From Octopus vulgaris (lineage: Eukaryota): 64,000 nt of DNA. The stretch spans positions 81,654,001 to 81,718,000 of the forward strand of contig OX597827.1 of assembly GCA_951406725.2 (NCBI GenBank), given 5' to 3'. Shown one piece after another: positions 1 through 13,170 of this stretch. Made by a program: the position numbers and the translations under genes. How positions within the stretch are numbered: the first letter of the stretch is position 1; every line of letters begins with the position of its first letter. The notes beneath the pieces are model-generated. The model was not told the origin of the DNA. It saw nothing but the letters and a program-made list of their open reading frames with translations, and did no database searches.

Positions 1-229
1 ACACACCAACATCGGTTGTCAAGTGATGGTGGGGGGACAGACACACACACATATACACATACATATGACAGGCTTCTTTCAGTTTCCATCTTCCAAATCC
101 ACTCACGAGATTTTGGTTGGGCCAACGCTATAGTAGAAGACACTTACCCAAAGTGCCACGCAGTGGGACAGAACCCAGAACGATGTGGTTGGTAAGCAAG
201 CTACTTACCACACAGCCACTCCTGTGCCT
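1..229 (-). mobile_element. tRNA-derived SINE family A (partial, runs off window start)
   Basis: Reverse complement of the family head GGCTGTGTGGTAAG...GGTTC..GTCCCACTGCGTGGCAC..GGG.AAGTGTCTTCTACTATAGC, shared with the copies at 3143 and 13353. Confidence 0.8.
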
Positions 230-575
230 ATGTGAAGGGCATCAACATCACTACATCATACAGGCGGTTTGCAGCCCCAACTAATAGCTAAAGGTTATAC
301 CTCTTGATAATAGCTTCATATATTACCTGTAGGTAATATATGTAAATAATAGCTGTAGCTAATAGTTGTGGTAGCTATTAAATGCAGTAGCTAAGAGCTG
401 TAGCTAATATATAGAGCTAGTATTTAGAACTAGAAGTATACAGGTGTGATGGTGATGGTGATGTGGGGGGGCGATTGAGGGGAGGGCAGTGGGGATGGGG
501 TGGATGGACAGGGGAATTGCTGTAAAAACAGACTGAGGGAGGCATACATATGGATGTGTATATGTATGTAAATGC

Positions 576-609
<34 letters not shown>

Positions 610-804
610 TTATATATTTATATAAACTCATAAACACAAATACAAACACACATGCAAACATCTCTCTCTCTCTCTCTCTCTCTCTTTATATGCACGTATA
701 CTTAGAAGTCAGAAACACATATACTAAAGACCCACATAGACACATGCATACATATGTATATAGGTAAGTTAAACAGGAATTAAGAGGTGTAAATAGAGAG
801 ATGG

Positions 805-807
<3 letters not shown>

Positions 808-839
<32 letters not shown>

Positions 840-1010
840 CAATGTGATGGGTAATGAAGAGATCTTCATTTGGAAACCTTATAGAAAATCAATGTGGACA
901 GCAGCAGCAGCAGCAGTAGCAGCAGAACTAGTACTGTCATCAGCAGCAGCAGCACTATAAACAACACCAATATCACTGTTATTGTTACTAGCAACAACAA
1001 CAACAACAGA
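808..1010. repeat. (CAG)n/(CAA)n trinucleotide repeats
   Basis: Seen directly. Confidence 0.9.
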
Positions 1011-2387
1011 TGGTGCCCCTTTGTGCCCATTCATTATGCTGGAAATAGCAGCAAAAATCTCTCTCAAACCTCAATCTTGAGAAAATGGCTATATTGGGTG
1101 ATTTATCCCAGGATATAGTAATAAACAGATGGGATGGTCATTTCTGGAATGTGTTTGACTAGAAGTGACCTGGGATTAAACAACACGTGCGTGTTTGTGT
1201 AAAAATCATTTGCACCAAAATATATATATATAGGTTGTTTAGCCCCAGGTCAACTATGATGGAACAATCATATAATGAAAGGTGTTTCAGCCATGGCCAT
1301 CCTGTCTTTTTGTACATCAGAGATGTATTCAGCTTTATTTAGAACAAGTTTGTACATTGAGGGATGTTTTAGTTTCTATTTCTTGCAGGTCTGTGGTGAC
1401 GGTGCCGTTTCTGTTGATGGAGATGATTGTGGGGGTGGTGGTGGGAAGGGGGGGGGGGCAGTTGTGGTAGTGGTTTGTTGCCAATGTTGTTGGTGGTGGT
1501 AGTGGTGCTTGTTTTGTGTCAGTGGTCATGTTGCTCATGATGGTAAGTGGTAGTGATGATGATGCTAGTTATGATGATGATGATGATGATGAGTAAATTC
1601 AGTTAAAACAGCTAAAACAGCCCAACAGAGAGAAAGGCTGAAGATGTGAAATGATGGTATTCTGTTGTTTTTTAGCTTATCCTTTCTCGTCCGTTATTTG
1701 TCTGTTTTTGTCTGTCATTCCTTCACACTGTTACCAACACACTGACCTTTAAACAACCAAATTTAGACACTCAAACACTAGGTCGAAGGTCATGGACTTC
1801 TGAACACACACACAGTGTCATTACGCACACACCTCTTTATTAACCCCCTTCTTCTCTAATCATCTTCTTCAGTAATTCTGTCTAGAACCACAGTATATTA
1901 CTGGTACATATACCAAAGGAACTTGGCTGGATGTTATACAACATTTTCCCTCAACTGGAATTAAACACAGAATCTTATGCTCCTGGGTATTTAACTGGGG
2001 TATATCATGTGATGTGGTTTGATTAAGGTTGTTTAACATAATAATCAGACTTTTTAATTGCTTAATTAAAGGAGGAGGGACAACACCAATGACCTTTTTT
2101 AGAGCTTCAAAGACCAATGGGAGAAAAAAGAGAGAGGTTATCATCAACCCAGAGATTTGGCCAAAATAGTTACCACCTGGTCTTGGGTACTAACAAAGGT
2201 ACCCACCACGATCAGGTGGGGTAGGAGGTGTTTTGGCAATGCTGATTTCATGCTGACTTATTTGACGATCAAACGTTTTAATATTTCTCTCCTTCCTTCT
2301 TCTCTTCCTCCCTCCCTGCATATGTATAATTCTACACACATGAACATGTGTGTGAGTGTGTGTTGGCCGCCAGTGCCAAAAAGCACT

Positions 2388-2590
2388 GCTGGCAGAATTT
2401 TTATCACACCAGATGGAATGCTTAGCAGCATTCTGTCCAGCTTTATGTTCTGAGTTCAAATTCTGCTGAGGTCAAATTACCTTCCATCACTTTCAGAGTT
2501 GATAAATATAAGTTGAACACTGGGATTGACTTTATAGATTCAGCCCCTTTCCCAAAATTGCTAGCCTTGTCCTAAAATTTGAATCCAATA
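2388..2590 (+). mobile_element. SINE family B (diverged)
   Basis: GCTGGCAGAA...TTCTGAGTTCAAATTCTGCTGAGGTC motif shared with 9351 and 24893. Confidence 0.7.
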
Positions 2591-2619
2591 CTTCTCTCCC
2601 TTCCCTGCTGTCTAAGAGG

Positions 2620-2940
2620 TAAAGACCTCCTTCAGTCATGAATGACCATGGGATTGCACCCCAAGGCAACAAGTCCAGGCAAGATTGTTTATGGAAGACC
2701 AGCAGTTGCCCATCATACCAGGTTCACCTCTCCATGCCACCGATGTTATCCAAGAGAAAGGCAAAGGGGCCAATACGGTTTGGCATCAGTGATTTCACAA
2801 CTCATACCTACAGCTGAGTGAAATGGAACAACATGAAATAGAGTGTCTTGCTCAAGAACACAACTCACAACATGTCCGGTAATCAAACTCACCTCTGCAT
2901 GATTGTGAGCCTGAGGCTCTGACCAGTGGGCCATGCACCA
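2620..2940 (-). mobile_element. SINE family C
   Basis: Reverse-complement homology to 22556-22889 over the whole length. Confidence 0.8.
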
Positions 2941-3142
2941 TCTTTGTCTATTTACATGTGTATATTTCTGCACATATGTGCATGCATGTGTGCATGTGTT
3001 GGCCTCTCATACCCAAAAGTGCTATTGCCAAAACTGGTTGAATCTCCAGTAAGCCATGCCTAATCATCAGCACCGAAACAGCCGTGCCCAATCATCTCAA
3101 TCCAAGGTCAGGTGGTCCTGAAACTGAAAATATAAAACTATA

Positions 3143-3532
3143 GGTGCAGGGATGGCTGTGTGGTAAGTAGCTTGCTTACCAATCACATGGTTCTGGATTC
3201 AGTCCCACTGCATGGGACCTAGGGCAAGTGTCTTCTATAGCCTTGGGTTGACCAAAGCCTTGTGAGTAGATTTCATAGACAGAAACTGAAAGAAGCCTGT
3301 CATTATATATATATATATATATATGTTTGTGTGTCTGTGTTTGCCCCCTCTACCATTGCTTGACAACTGGTGCTGGTGTGTTTACATCCCTGTAACTTAG
3401 CAGTTACAAAAGAGACCAATAGAATAAGTACTAGGCTTACAAGAATAAGTCCTAGGGTCGAATTGTTCGACTAAAGGCAGTGCTCCAGCGTGGCTGCAGT
3501 GAAATGACTGAAACAAGTAAAAAATGTAAAAG
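3143..3532 (+). mobile_element. tRNA-derived SINE family A, near full length
   Basis: A-box/B-box-like head, internal (TA)n/(TG)n, 3' body ending GACTGAAACAAGTAAAA; several homologues in the window. Confidence 0.85.
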
Positions 3533-5624
3533 AACCTGTATAGTGTGTGTGGGAGGGGGATGTTTAACAAAGCCTCCCCTCCACTGGAACTGAACTCAGA
3601 ATTCTAAAATAATGGTTAACTGGTGCGGGGGTGGGAGTCATGTGGTGATGTTTGAATTCATTAGGGAGAGGGAGAGAGCCTTGATAGTTTGTTAAATCAT
3701 CCCTGATTGGTGATGAGAGTTTGGATGAGGATGGGCAAGAGGGGGAGGAGCATAGGAAATTTAAACAGAAACATATTAAGGGGTGACAGGAAGGGAGATA
3801 TGGTTCCAGATAGGTTCAGGGGAACAGAGTCTGTTGTAGCAGTGGTAGAAGAGAAAGAGATGTGACACAGTTGTAGAGCAGAAGTTGTATGCTGGTGATT
3901 GGGTCCATCAATGAGGACAGGGTCACTGTTGCAATCTGGTCATGGATGTCTGTACGTCTAGCAACAAACCCATGGTCCTAGATATGTGGGTCCTACACCA
4001 TTGGGGCCAATGGTGTAGGACCCACGTGTTATTCTTGACCAATTCCATCACTTCTGAGATGCTGATGTTGTTGTTTAACTCTAGGTTGGCATTAAACGTG
4101 CAGAACTAAGGTTCAAGTAATCTGAGATACAATTTGACTTATCTTTGTGTTTTTTCCCCTTTTGTCTTTCAAGGAATATCTTGTTTAATATGGCCATCCC
4201 TTTTTGAAATACAGAATCATGAATTTTGAATGACATGTGACTCCTGTTTCTAGCAGTTCTAACAATCGCGTGGAGGAGTCTTCATCAGCCCATTTTGAGA
4301 TGTTAGAAGGGCAATGATGCAGTGACTCTAAATAATTAGTTGAGTCAGCATGGCTGTGCTTCTTTTCCAGAGTCCTCATGCAGTGCCCAACGGAGTCAAG
4401 GATGTTGTCCTTCTGAAGAGACAACAAAACATAACATGTGTGGAATGGAAAAGATTCCAGTAGGAAGGGAAAGACTGAAGGATCTGTTGATGTAAGAGAC
4501 TAGCTCTGTCTAGGAACAATTAAGGGATCACCACCAGAAGTGTTTGCCTTGCTATGTGGGCAAATAACTAGCTCCGTCTCTGGGTTATTAAGAGCACAAC
4601 ACAGAAGTAAATGTGCTGAAGCCAGTTACAGGGTCTGGGGTAGCAAAGTGTTTAGGGGAGAGAAAATATGTTTTGGAGGGGGAAGATGTGAATAAGTAAA
4701 TAAAGGGTATTTAAAAGGTCAGATAAGACCAGCGGTGGTCATGGTTGAGTGAATGTGATTCAGAAGTGAGGAAGAGAAATTGAGAGGTTTTGGTCATAAG
4801 TGGATAGGGGTACAAGCTAATGAGGGTAGAAGCCATTGAGGGAACTTCTACGAAGTCAGTCAACTTGCTAGAAATTCCAGCCACTTGTCCTTCAAATCAC
4901 ACCCTATTGTCTTGAAAGAAATTGGCACATTGAATAATGTGAGCCTAGGTAGACTTGGTAGAGACAGAAATATAGAAAGATGATGTCATAGAGAGGTGAA
5001 GGAGGGGAGGGGAAAAGTAGAGGGTTTTTAAGGGTTGATGAAGTCCAATGAGAAACTGGTAGAAGGGTTTGGAGGACATTGGAGACAGACAGACAAATAG
5101 ACAGTTTAGAAGAGCAAAGAAGGCAGACGCTGAGCTAAGAATAGCCTTAATAAAAGTAATTGATGGCCAAAAGCAAGCTGGGATGAAGTAGCAGAAAGTT
5201 CACTTGTCAGGGTTTGTTTTGAGGGGGTGGGGAGAGTTAATGAAGTCATTCCTATTGGTTGGGTCGGATGGGAAGAGAGAGGATGATGTTTAGGGTCAGG
5301 GCTTAAAGGGGATAAAAAGGTGAAAAAATGTATAGGAGGTCAGTGAAGAATGATAGTGATGTAACTAAGAGTGATGGGGACAGTTTATGTAGACTAATTA
5401 ATGCATATCTTCATTAGTAGTATCATTAGGAGGGAGTGTGCAAGATTAAGGATAATGAGTTGAGGTGAGATGAAGGGGGGTGTTATTAAAGGTGGAGAAG
5501 AGGTGGTAGCAACAACTGATGGTGGTGGTTAGAGGAACAGTTTGGAGGAAGATATAGAGATAGGAGTTGATGAGGTGGTCACTAATCCAGACATATTGAG
5601 GTGTGGTGGTCACTGATATAGTGA

Positions 5625-5822
5625 AAGCACGTGGCCCAGTAGTTAGGACACTGTACTCACAATGGCTAAGTCATGGGTTCAGTTCCAGGACTGGGCTGCA
5701 CATTGTGTTCTTGAGCAAAGCACTTCATTTTCTGTTCCTCTGCAGGTGGTAGAATGGCAGAATCATCGGCATGTTGGCAGGAATGCTTTACAGTAGATCT
5801 CGACATTCTGAGTTCAAATCCC
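5625..5822 (+). mobile_element. SINE family C head followed by family B head
   Basis: tRNA-like head with TGTGTTCTTGAGCAAAGCACTTCAT, then GGCAGAATC...TTCTGAGTTCAAATCCC. Confidence 0.6.
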
Positions 5823-6954
5823 ACCTGCCTGGAGAGGCAATGGGAAAGCAATTCCAGTATCTATCCCAAGGTTTATTTATGGTAGCCAAAGTCCCAGTAA
5901 ACAACTCAGCAGTGGCAGTGATGGTGGGGGCTTGCCAGGTCATATAGAGAGCACTGGGGAAGGTCCACATGCATAGTACCTGTCCAAGAACAGACCACCA
6001 TGGGGCCAGGTCAGTGGTATTGTCTTTGATGATCATTTGCTGTGAAAGGCAGCATTGTCAGAATGGTGGTGACGGTGGCAGTGGTGGTGGTGGTGGTGGT
6101 GGTGGCAGGATGATGTGTGATTATAGAAAGTTAATGGCCAAAACGTGAAGATGATCACAAGATTGTGGTTTCCATTCCTGGACCCGACAGTGTACTGTGT
6201 CCTTGAGCAAAACACTTCATTCCATGTTGCAGCAGTCCAGTCAGATGGCAAAGATTTCTACTGTCTTATCACAACACTAACAACAACATGGAGGCATGGG
6301 TCAGTACACCTGCTAAAAACAGCAGCCAAATTTCTCTGAAATCCCACTCTGTCTTCTTATAAAAAGATATCTCAGGGTCTGTATGGGCCCCTAAGGGTCC
6401 ACGCAAGTAAAATAGTGAACTGGGGATCCACAATAGTATTTTAAAGGTCCCTAAAAAAAAAATTTGCTTTAGATGTATGTCTTGGTATATATTGCAAGAA
6501 ACAGGTGGGTCTCTTTCCCTAACATTTAAACTACGCAAGTTAATGTTTTAGAACGGAAATATGAATTATGAAAGAAGTTTCTCTAAAGCTAGTTTTTAAA
6601 CATCGAATTGCTACGTGGGTCCACCAGAATACACAGTAATCAAAGGGGTCCATAGATGGAAAAAAATGGTTGGGATCCCTTGGATAATGTAGTCTTTGTC
6701 AGACAATACACGGAACAAAAGCGGGATGGTAATGGTTGGAAAAGTTTTTGAACAAAAATTTGCTCAATCAGGCAAATAACAGCAACTAACAACACATTAA
6801 TAACTGCAACTGTTCACACACACGCGCACTCTGTCAAAGCATTGAAGGAAATATAACACAAGGGAGATAATTCTGTTGTTCCCAGGTTTTTTTCATGGAA
6901 TACGATATCACCCCGACCACCTTCGCCGTCGTCGACATCGTCTTCCTCTTTTCT

Positions 6955-7332
6955 ATTTTCCATTTGTTTCAATCAGTTAAGTGCGGCCAAGCTAGAGCAC
7001 CACCTTGAAGTGTGTTAGTCCAACAAATTGACCCTAGGACTTATTTTATCTTAAATCTTGCACTTAGTCTATCAGTGTCTATTACTGTACTGAAGAATTA
7101 TGGGGACATAAACAAACCAACACTGGTTTTCAAGCAGTGGTGAGGACAGACACACACACACACACATACAAAGGGCTTCTTTCAATTTCCATCTATCAAA
7201 TCCATTCACAAGGCTTTGGTTGGCCTAGGGCTAAAGTAGAAGACACTTGCCCAAGGTGCCATGCAGTGGGACTGAACTCAGAGCCATGTGGTTGGTAAGC
7301 AAGCTTCTTAACCTCTCAACCGCTCCTACACC
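6955..7332 (-). mobile_element. SINE family A
   Basis: Reverse-complement homology to 3143-3532. Confidence 0.75.
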
Positions 7333-7558
7333 TATTATCATCATCATCATTACTACTATCCATTCACCATCTCAGACAGTCTCTACACGGTCATTTGATG
7401 TACTGGAAATAGCAGCCAAATCTTCCTCATATTGCAACTGTTGTATTACCAAAGGAAACACTGGATAATGTAGTCCTAGATACTCTTTAAATCGACAGAA
7501 TGATGACAGATAGAGTTCATATCATCAAAGACTTGCTTGATTAGGATTAACCTAGGTA

Positions 7559-7606
<48 letters not shown>

Positions 7607-7616
7607 AAGCTGTATA

Positions 7617-7870
7617 CAGGGTGCAGTGAATAAACTGTCGTCTAAATTACACAAATTGAAATTAACCCTGACATCTCATTTTAACAGATATCTTTACCAA
7701 GATTACATAAAAATATTTTGAAATACTAAAGAGTAGATTTATTCAATAAAATCGCCATTGGCTTCACCACAGCCTCCAGACGACTTTGGAATCTCCTGCA
7801 ACTCTTCAGGGCGGTCTCCTTGTTTAAGTTGGTGAGTGCTGCCATAATCCTTGCCTTCAGTTCATCTTTG
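7617..7870 (-). mobile_element. Tc1/mariner-superfamily transposase C-terminus and terminal repeat relic
   Basis: The minus strand reads LKARIMAALTNLNKETALKSCRRFQSRLEAVV..NGDFIE*; the end is TA|CAGGGTG. Confidence 0.6.
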
Positions 7871-7909
7871 GTGTTACAAGGAGTTTTATTGGTCTCTCGC
7901 TCAAATGCA

Positions 7910-8031
7910 AGGCTTTGGTTGGCCCAAGGCTACATTGAAAGACACTTGCCCAAGGTGCCATGCAGTGAAACTGAACCTGGAACCATGTGGTTGGGAAGCA
8001 AGCTTCTTACCACACAGCCACGTCTGCACCT
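7910..8031 (-). mobile_element. SINE family A, 5' head fragment
   Basis: AAGGCTTTGGTTGGCC...CTTACCACACAGCCAC homology. Confidence 0.7.
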
Positions 8032-9350
8032 GTATAAAGATATTTTATAACAGTTAACACAAGCAATTTAATAGATTTTATCGTCCACTTAGTGAATATG
8101 ATTTTAAAGCAGCTTATGATATTGGGCAGGTGAATGTGATATGTAGATTTGGATGTGTGCAAAATCAAATAGTGGTAGATTGAATCAAAAGGGAAATATA
8201 TTATGCTTACTTTGGATGTAAAGAAAAACCAGACATTGGTGTCAGAGAATACTGGTAAAAATTGGAACAAAACCAACTGAAAATTACTATTAATGTGAGT
8301 GAATTCCCACAGCTATAACCTCTGTGAATTAAGCAATTATTTCATTATTTATTAATACGCAACAAACAACAGGTAAAATACGAATGCATTGTAATAATAA
8401 GAGAGTGTTTCAGGAGATAATCTTGGTTTTGTAACTAACAGTAGGTAAATCAATGGGAATAAAAAACAGATTGGATTAGGGAAGGATTTTTGGAATGTTT
8501 TTCATTTTCCTGAAAGTAATATTGTTATCACATAATATAGACATACATCTAGTGTAGTTTAAAAATAGAGAGAGAGAGAAGGGGGGGGGTTGAGGGAGAA
8601 AAAGGTAGATGGATAGATGCATGGATGTATACATACGTCCTTCCATACATCCATCCATACATTAATTAAAGGAAGAGGAAAACAAAATGAAGGTAGGACA
8701 AGCTTATCTGATCTGACAAGCTTGTCCTGCTTTGATTTTGTTTTCCTCTTCCTTTAATTTATACTTGCTGACACAGAAGTAGGCTACAGATCCTCAACTC
8801 CAGCCTGTTGGGAACTTGGATCCTAGTAACTTATTCAAGCGCTTAGACAGTGCACCTATTAATTTAGATCACCAGTGGCCTAAACTCTTCGTATTCTGTA
8901 CACACACACAAACACACACATACACATACAGATAGATAGGGTAAAATATAAGCAGTGTCCGCTTGAAGCACACCTGCTCATTCCAGTCTTACTCTCCAGT
9001 ATGCAGTTGTTGTGGCTGTTGTATTTATGTGAGGAAAATATTAGAGTTGAAAATTTTGGAAATATTGTTTGCAAAATTATTATAATTCTTAACAGGAAGT
9101 TTGAAAAAGTTTTGGCATTATTTATTCACCATTATTTGACTCTCTGTCTGAAGAATTTCTGATAGGAAATTTCTGATATGTTTATCCAACTGGTACGACT
9201 TTGTAATTCATATTAGCAAATGAAACATATGTAATGGTGAATAAATAATTCCCAAAACAAATTCCTACTTCCAATTCACATACATACATCAGGCAGTTTA
9301 ATGATATTGTATGTATGTATGTATATGTAACATTATCAACATTGTTGTAA

Positions 9351-9660
9351 GGCGGCAAACTTGCAGAAATCTTAGCATGCCGGGTGAAATGCTTAGTGGT
9401 ATTTTGTCTGCCGCTATGTACTGAGTTCAAATTCCGCCGAGGTCAACTTTGCCTTTCATCCTTTCGGGGGTCGATTAAATAAGTACCAGTTACGCACTGG
9501 GCTCGATACAATCGACTTAATCCATTTGTCTGTCCTTGTTTGTCCCTTCTGTGTTTAGCCTCTTGTGGGTAATAAAGAAATATGCATTTTGTCTGTCTTT
9601 ACATTCTGAGTTTAAATTCCACCAAGATCAACTTTGCCTTTCCTCCTTTTGGGGTCGATA
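9351..9660 (+). mobile_element. SINE family B plus a partial tandem second copy
   Basis: GGCGGC..CTTGCAGAAA.CTTAGCA.GCCGGGTGAAATGCTTAG...GAGTTCAAATTCCGCCGAGGTC; ends AATAAAGAAATA, then the central part repeats at about 9586-9660. Confidence 0.85.
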
Positions 9661-10234
9661 AGAACAAGATCAGAGATATTATTTGTACCATTACCACACT
9701 GTGTGATGCCCTTATTACGAATCACAGAAAAGATATTTGCACAAGTAAACAGTTTGACAGCTGATATGGAGAAAAGAATAGAAGGGACTGTCTAGCAGCA
9801 TGACAAGTGTATGCTCCACTGGTTTAGTCTACCATCTCAGTGGTTTAGGTGTGTCATCACCATCATTGTGCTGTGGTACCATTATTCTTGGTGCTACAGC
9901 TACACTGTTGTCATTATCATGATGGTGCTGTGGAACTTGCAATGATGCTTCTGGCTGACTTACAGATACACATGGATTGCTAGCAGAAAGAGAATTCTGT
10001 TTGTAGGTAGTTCTTTCAAAGTGAAAAGAATTTCAAAAGGTGGGATTGTTAATGAGATTCTGTTTTATGTGATGTCCAAGTGGTCAGTGTTTTAGTGATG
10101 TCATCAATAATTGAAGAAATTGCATTCAGTTCTTTACTTGTTTTTGTATCAGATACCTTGATCCAGGTTCAACTTCTGGGCAGTTCGGGTTTGGCACAGC
10201 CAAATATTCCTGCTACACACACATGCACACAAGC

Positions 10235-10268
<34 letters not shown>

Positions 10269-10360
10269 GCATATATATACAAATATATATATATATATAT
10301 TGTGTGTTGTATCTATCAATCTATCTTTCTAGATCGATAACTATATGCATGTGTGTGTAT

Positions 10361-10757
10361 CATCATCGTTTAACGTCCACTTTCCATGCTAGCATGGGTT
10401 GGACGGTTCAACTGGTGTCTGGGAAGCCAGGAGGCTGCACCAGGCTCCAGTCTGATCTGGCAGTGTTTCTACAGCTGGATGCCCTTCCTAATGCCAACCA
10501 CTCTGTGAGTGTAGTGGGTGCTTTTCACGTGCCAGGGGAGGCTGGCAATGGCCACGATCGGTTGGTGCTTTGTACGTGTCACTGGCACCAAAACCAGTCA
10601 AGGCGGCGCTGGCATTGGCCACGTACGGATGGTGCTTTTTACGTGTCACCGGCACAGGTATCACAATTACAATTTCCATTTGTATGTTGATGTACTTGAC
10701 TCAGTAGGTCTCCTCAAGCACAGCAGGATTTTTGATGTCGATGTACTTGACTACTAG
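10361..10757 (-). mobile_element. RTE LINE 3' UTR fragment
   Basis: (CAT)n tail, CCATGCTAGCATGG palindrome and tandem units, as in the RTE copies at 55310 and 62591. Confidence 0.8.
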
Positions 10758-10808
10758 TCTGCTGGTATGAACTGATAGTTCGGCGTGTTACATCTTAAGG
10801 TATATCTT

Positions 10809-10906
10809 CTTCTCTGATGAAATTATGCTCATAAAATATAAATGCAAATTTAATGCACGAATTAGTGTTTTAATTATTGAGTATTAATGGAAACGGCTGT
10901 AAGAAG
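10809..10906 (+). ncRNA. Putative type I hammerhead ribozyme (Penelope-type)
   Basis: CTTCT-CTGATGA-[helix II]-GAAAC-GGCT-GTA-AGAAG: helix I 5 bp, intact core, GUA triplet. Confidence 0.55.
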
Positions 10907-11108
10907 TAATGATTACTAATTTGTTAATAATAAATAATTATTAACTTTCAAATCACCATTTTCTTTCCTTCATTTAAATGGCTACAAAATATATGTTTAA
11001 CATATATCTATTGTTTTAAGGGAACTTCATTCATCAATAATTCTAGATATTGAAGCAGTATTCCCTTGGATGTAACCATCTCTTTATGAGGTTATCATAT
11101 TCTCTAAG

Positions 11109-11156
<48 letters not shown>

Positions 11157-11223
11157 CATATATTTCGTTTTAGGATTTGGTTTGAAAAATTCTTTGTGTG
11201 AGTTTGTGTGTTGAAGTATATTC

Positions 11224-11468
11224 TGTTGTGTCTTGAGAGAGTCATTCTCTTTTAGTGCCTTATAATTTAACACACTCACCGGTAACATTTCCACTTCATT
11301 TTTATTCTTCTAAAATTTTCATTGTGTCTTGCAACCTTTTCAATAGTTTTGACTTTCGAAAAGGTTGCAAGACGCAATCAAAATTTTAGAAAAATAAAAA
11401 GAAGTGGAAATTTGACCTGTGAGTGTGTTAAATTATAAGGCACTAAAAGAGAATGACTCTCTCAAGAC

Positions 11469-11474
<6 letters not shown>
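11224..11474. repeat. ~118-bp inverted repeat with 16-nt spacer
   Basis: 11224-11341 is close to the reverse complement of 11358-11474. Confidence 0.9.
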
Positions 11475-11503
<29 letters not shown>

Positions 11504-11797
11504 CTATTTATGTAACAAAATTAGTGAAGTTTCAGTGACCCTACCACCTCACTTATGGTCCTACTGGTGATCTTATTGAAGGCTACAGAATCGAATTAGG
11601 AGCTCAAACTTTCAGGCATTTTTAAATTGAAATAAAATTTAAGAAGATCAGCTGTGATAGAATAACTGCATTGTTTGTTGATATTGAGTCATAAAACTAC
11701 TCAAGCTGAGCTGACCGGGCTCACTCAGCAACTAAAAGGCCATCAAGGAATAATAAAGAATACAGTAAATGGGGAAGTACATTGCAATTGATTTTTC

Positions 11798-11998
11798 TTG
11801 CCATTGACCGCTTTGGTCAACCACCAAACCACACATCTTGACAATAACATTATTAATGTTCTCCCAAACAGCATCACTGGAGGTGACTTCAGTGTATTCA
11901 ACACATCCTGGTTGACAAATAGCACGCATAACAAAAGAGGTAACATCACAGTTTTTGTGTTAGGACTTAATTCCTTTTACATCTTAAAGGAACCATAA
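11798..11998 (+). pseudogene. Degraded LINE apurinic-endonuclease fragment
   Basis: ITGGDFSVFNTSWL.NST.NKRG resembles the GDFN.H...W....TN..G motif of APE domains. Confidence 0.4.
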
Positions 11999-13125
11999 AC
12001 TGTCAGGTTGGCAGCCAATAATTGTGTACAACAAAAGAACATTTACAGACCTTACAGCAATTCCCTGTACTTTCTCTTTTACTCATCTTTTTTAAGTTGT
12101 TCCTGCATCTCTACAAAACACACAAACAACCTGTTATACATGCTGCACCATTTTCCACAACATTTCACACATAAAATATACAATAAAGAAAGTTAAATGA
12201 CTGACAAACCAGGTGCAATTACTGGTATCAGATGTCACGAAAGAAGAAACAACAACCAAAATAGTTATGGTTATAGTTCAAGGGACTCTCATGGTATGTG
12301 TACACAGTCACAGCCAACCTTGGGCCAAAAAAAAAAAAAAAACTACTACTAAAACAATAACAACAACATCAACTCAAAGTCTTCTATTTTTGAAGAGCAA
12401 AGTTTAGAAAATATTTACTTTGTAAATTATGACATCTGTTAATAAAGAGTCAAGTTGTTTGATCCAAAGTTTAAAATTTCTGATAAAAAGAACACAGACA
12501 TGTTTCTCTCACAAATTAATTCTTACTGGATTAAAAAAAAAAAAAGAAAAGATTTCAGCTTTTTTTCTAAATCCATGAATTAAATATATATCAACATAAA
12601 ATTTATAAATATTTGAGGAAGAATATTTGGAGAAATAAACCAAAAATGAATAACATTAAACCTCTGAGATTATAAATAAATATATAAATAAATGAATAAA
12701 CATCTACACAGCAGGATAACTAGCGTTTTCACGAATCCTATTTCTATGTCAAGTAATATTTCGGTTTCACCATACAAACATATAAAGGAATCCAGCAGAG
12801 ATTGGTTTCCACTAAACCAGAGAAAAGAGAAAATACTGTTATACCGTAGTTACCTCCCTTGTAACAGTCGTCACCATTTTTGGTCCTCCTTAAACTAACA
12901 GACAGAAACGATAAAATATAAGATGATCTGATGGATTCATTCAATATTTCTTATTTCCAGATTATTTATGAAACTGATTAATACCATTGCATCCTCCGAA
13001 TATCTGTGCTGTTAGCCACTTAAAAACCCTTTAAGCTAGTCCTATCTAGTACCATTGTGTGGTGCCGCAGTATGTTACAACATCAGTTCTTTCCCATGGA
13101 ACAGAAACATCACACACCCGCACAG

Positions 13126-13170
<45 letters not shown>

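Noticed and set aside
465-515. G-quadruplex-capable G runs (also near 24046-24115)
   Set aside because: Common low-complexity sequence in this window with no functional context.
3540-5600. Purine-rich, probably LINE-derived block (similar blocks at 13780-14500, 21340-22050, 40520-41000)
   Set aside because: Too decayed to identify diagnostic motifs by eye, so no family call was made.
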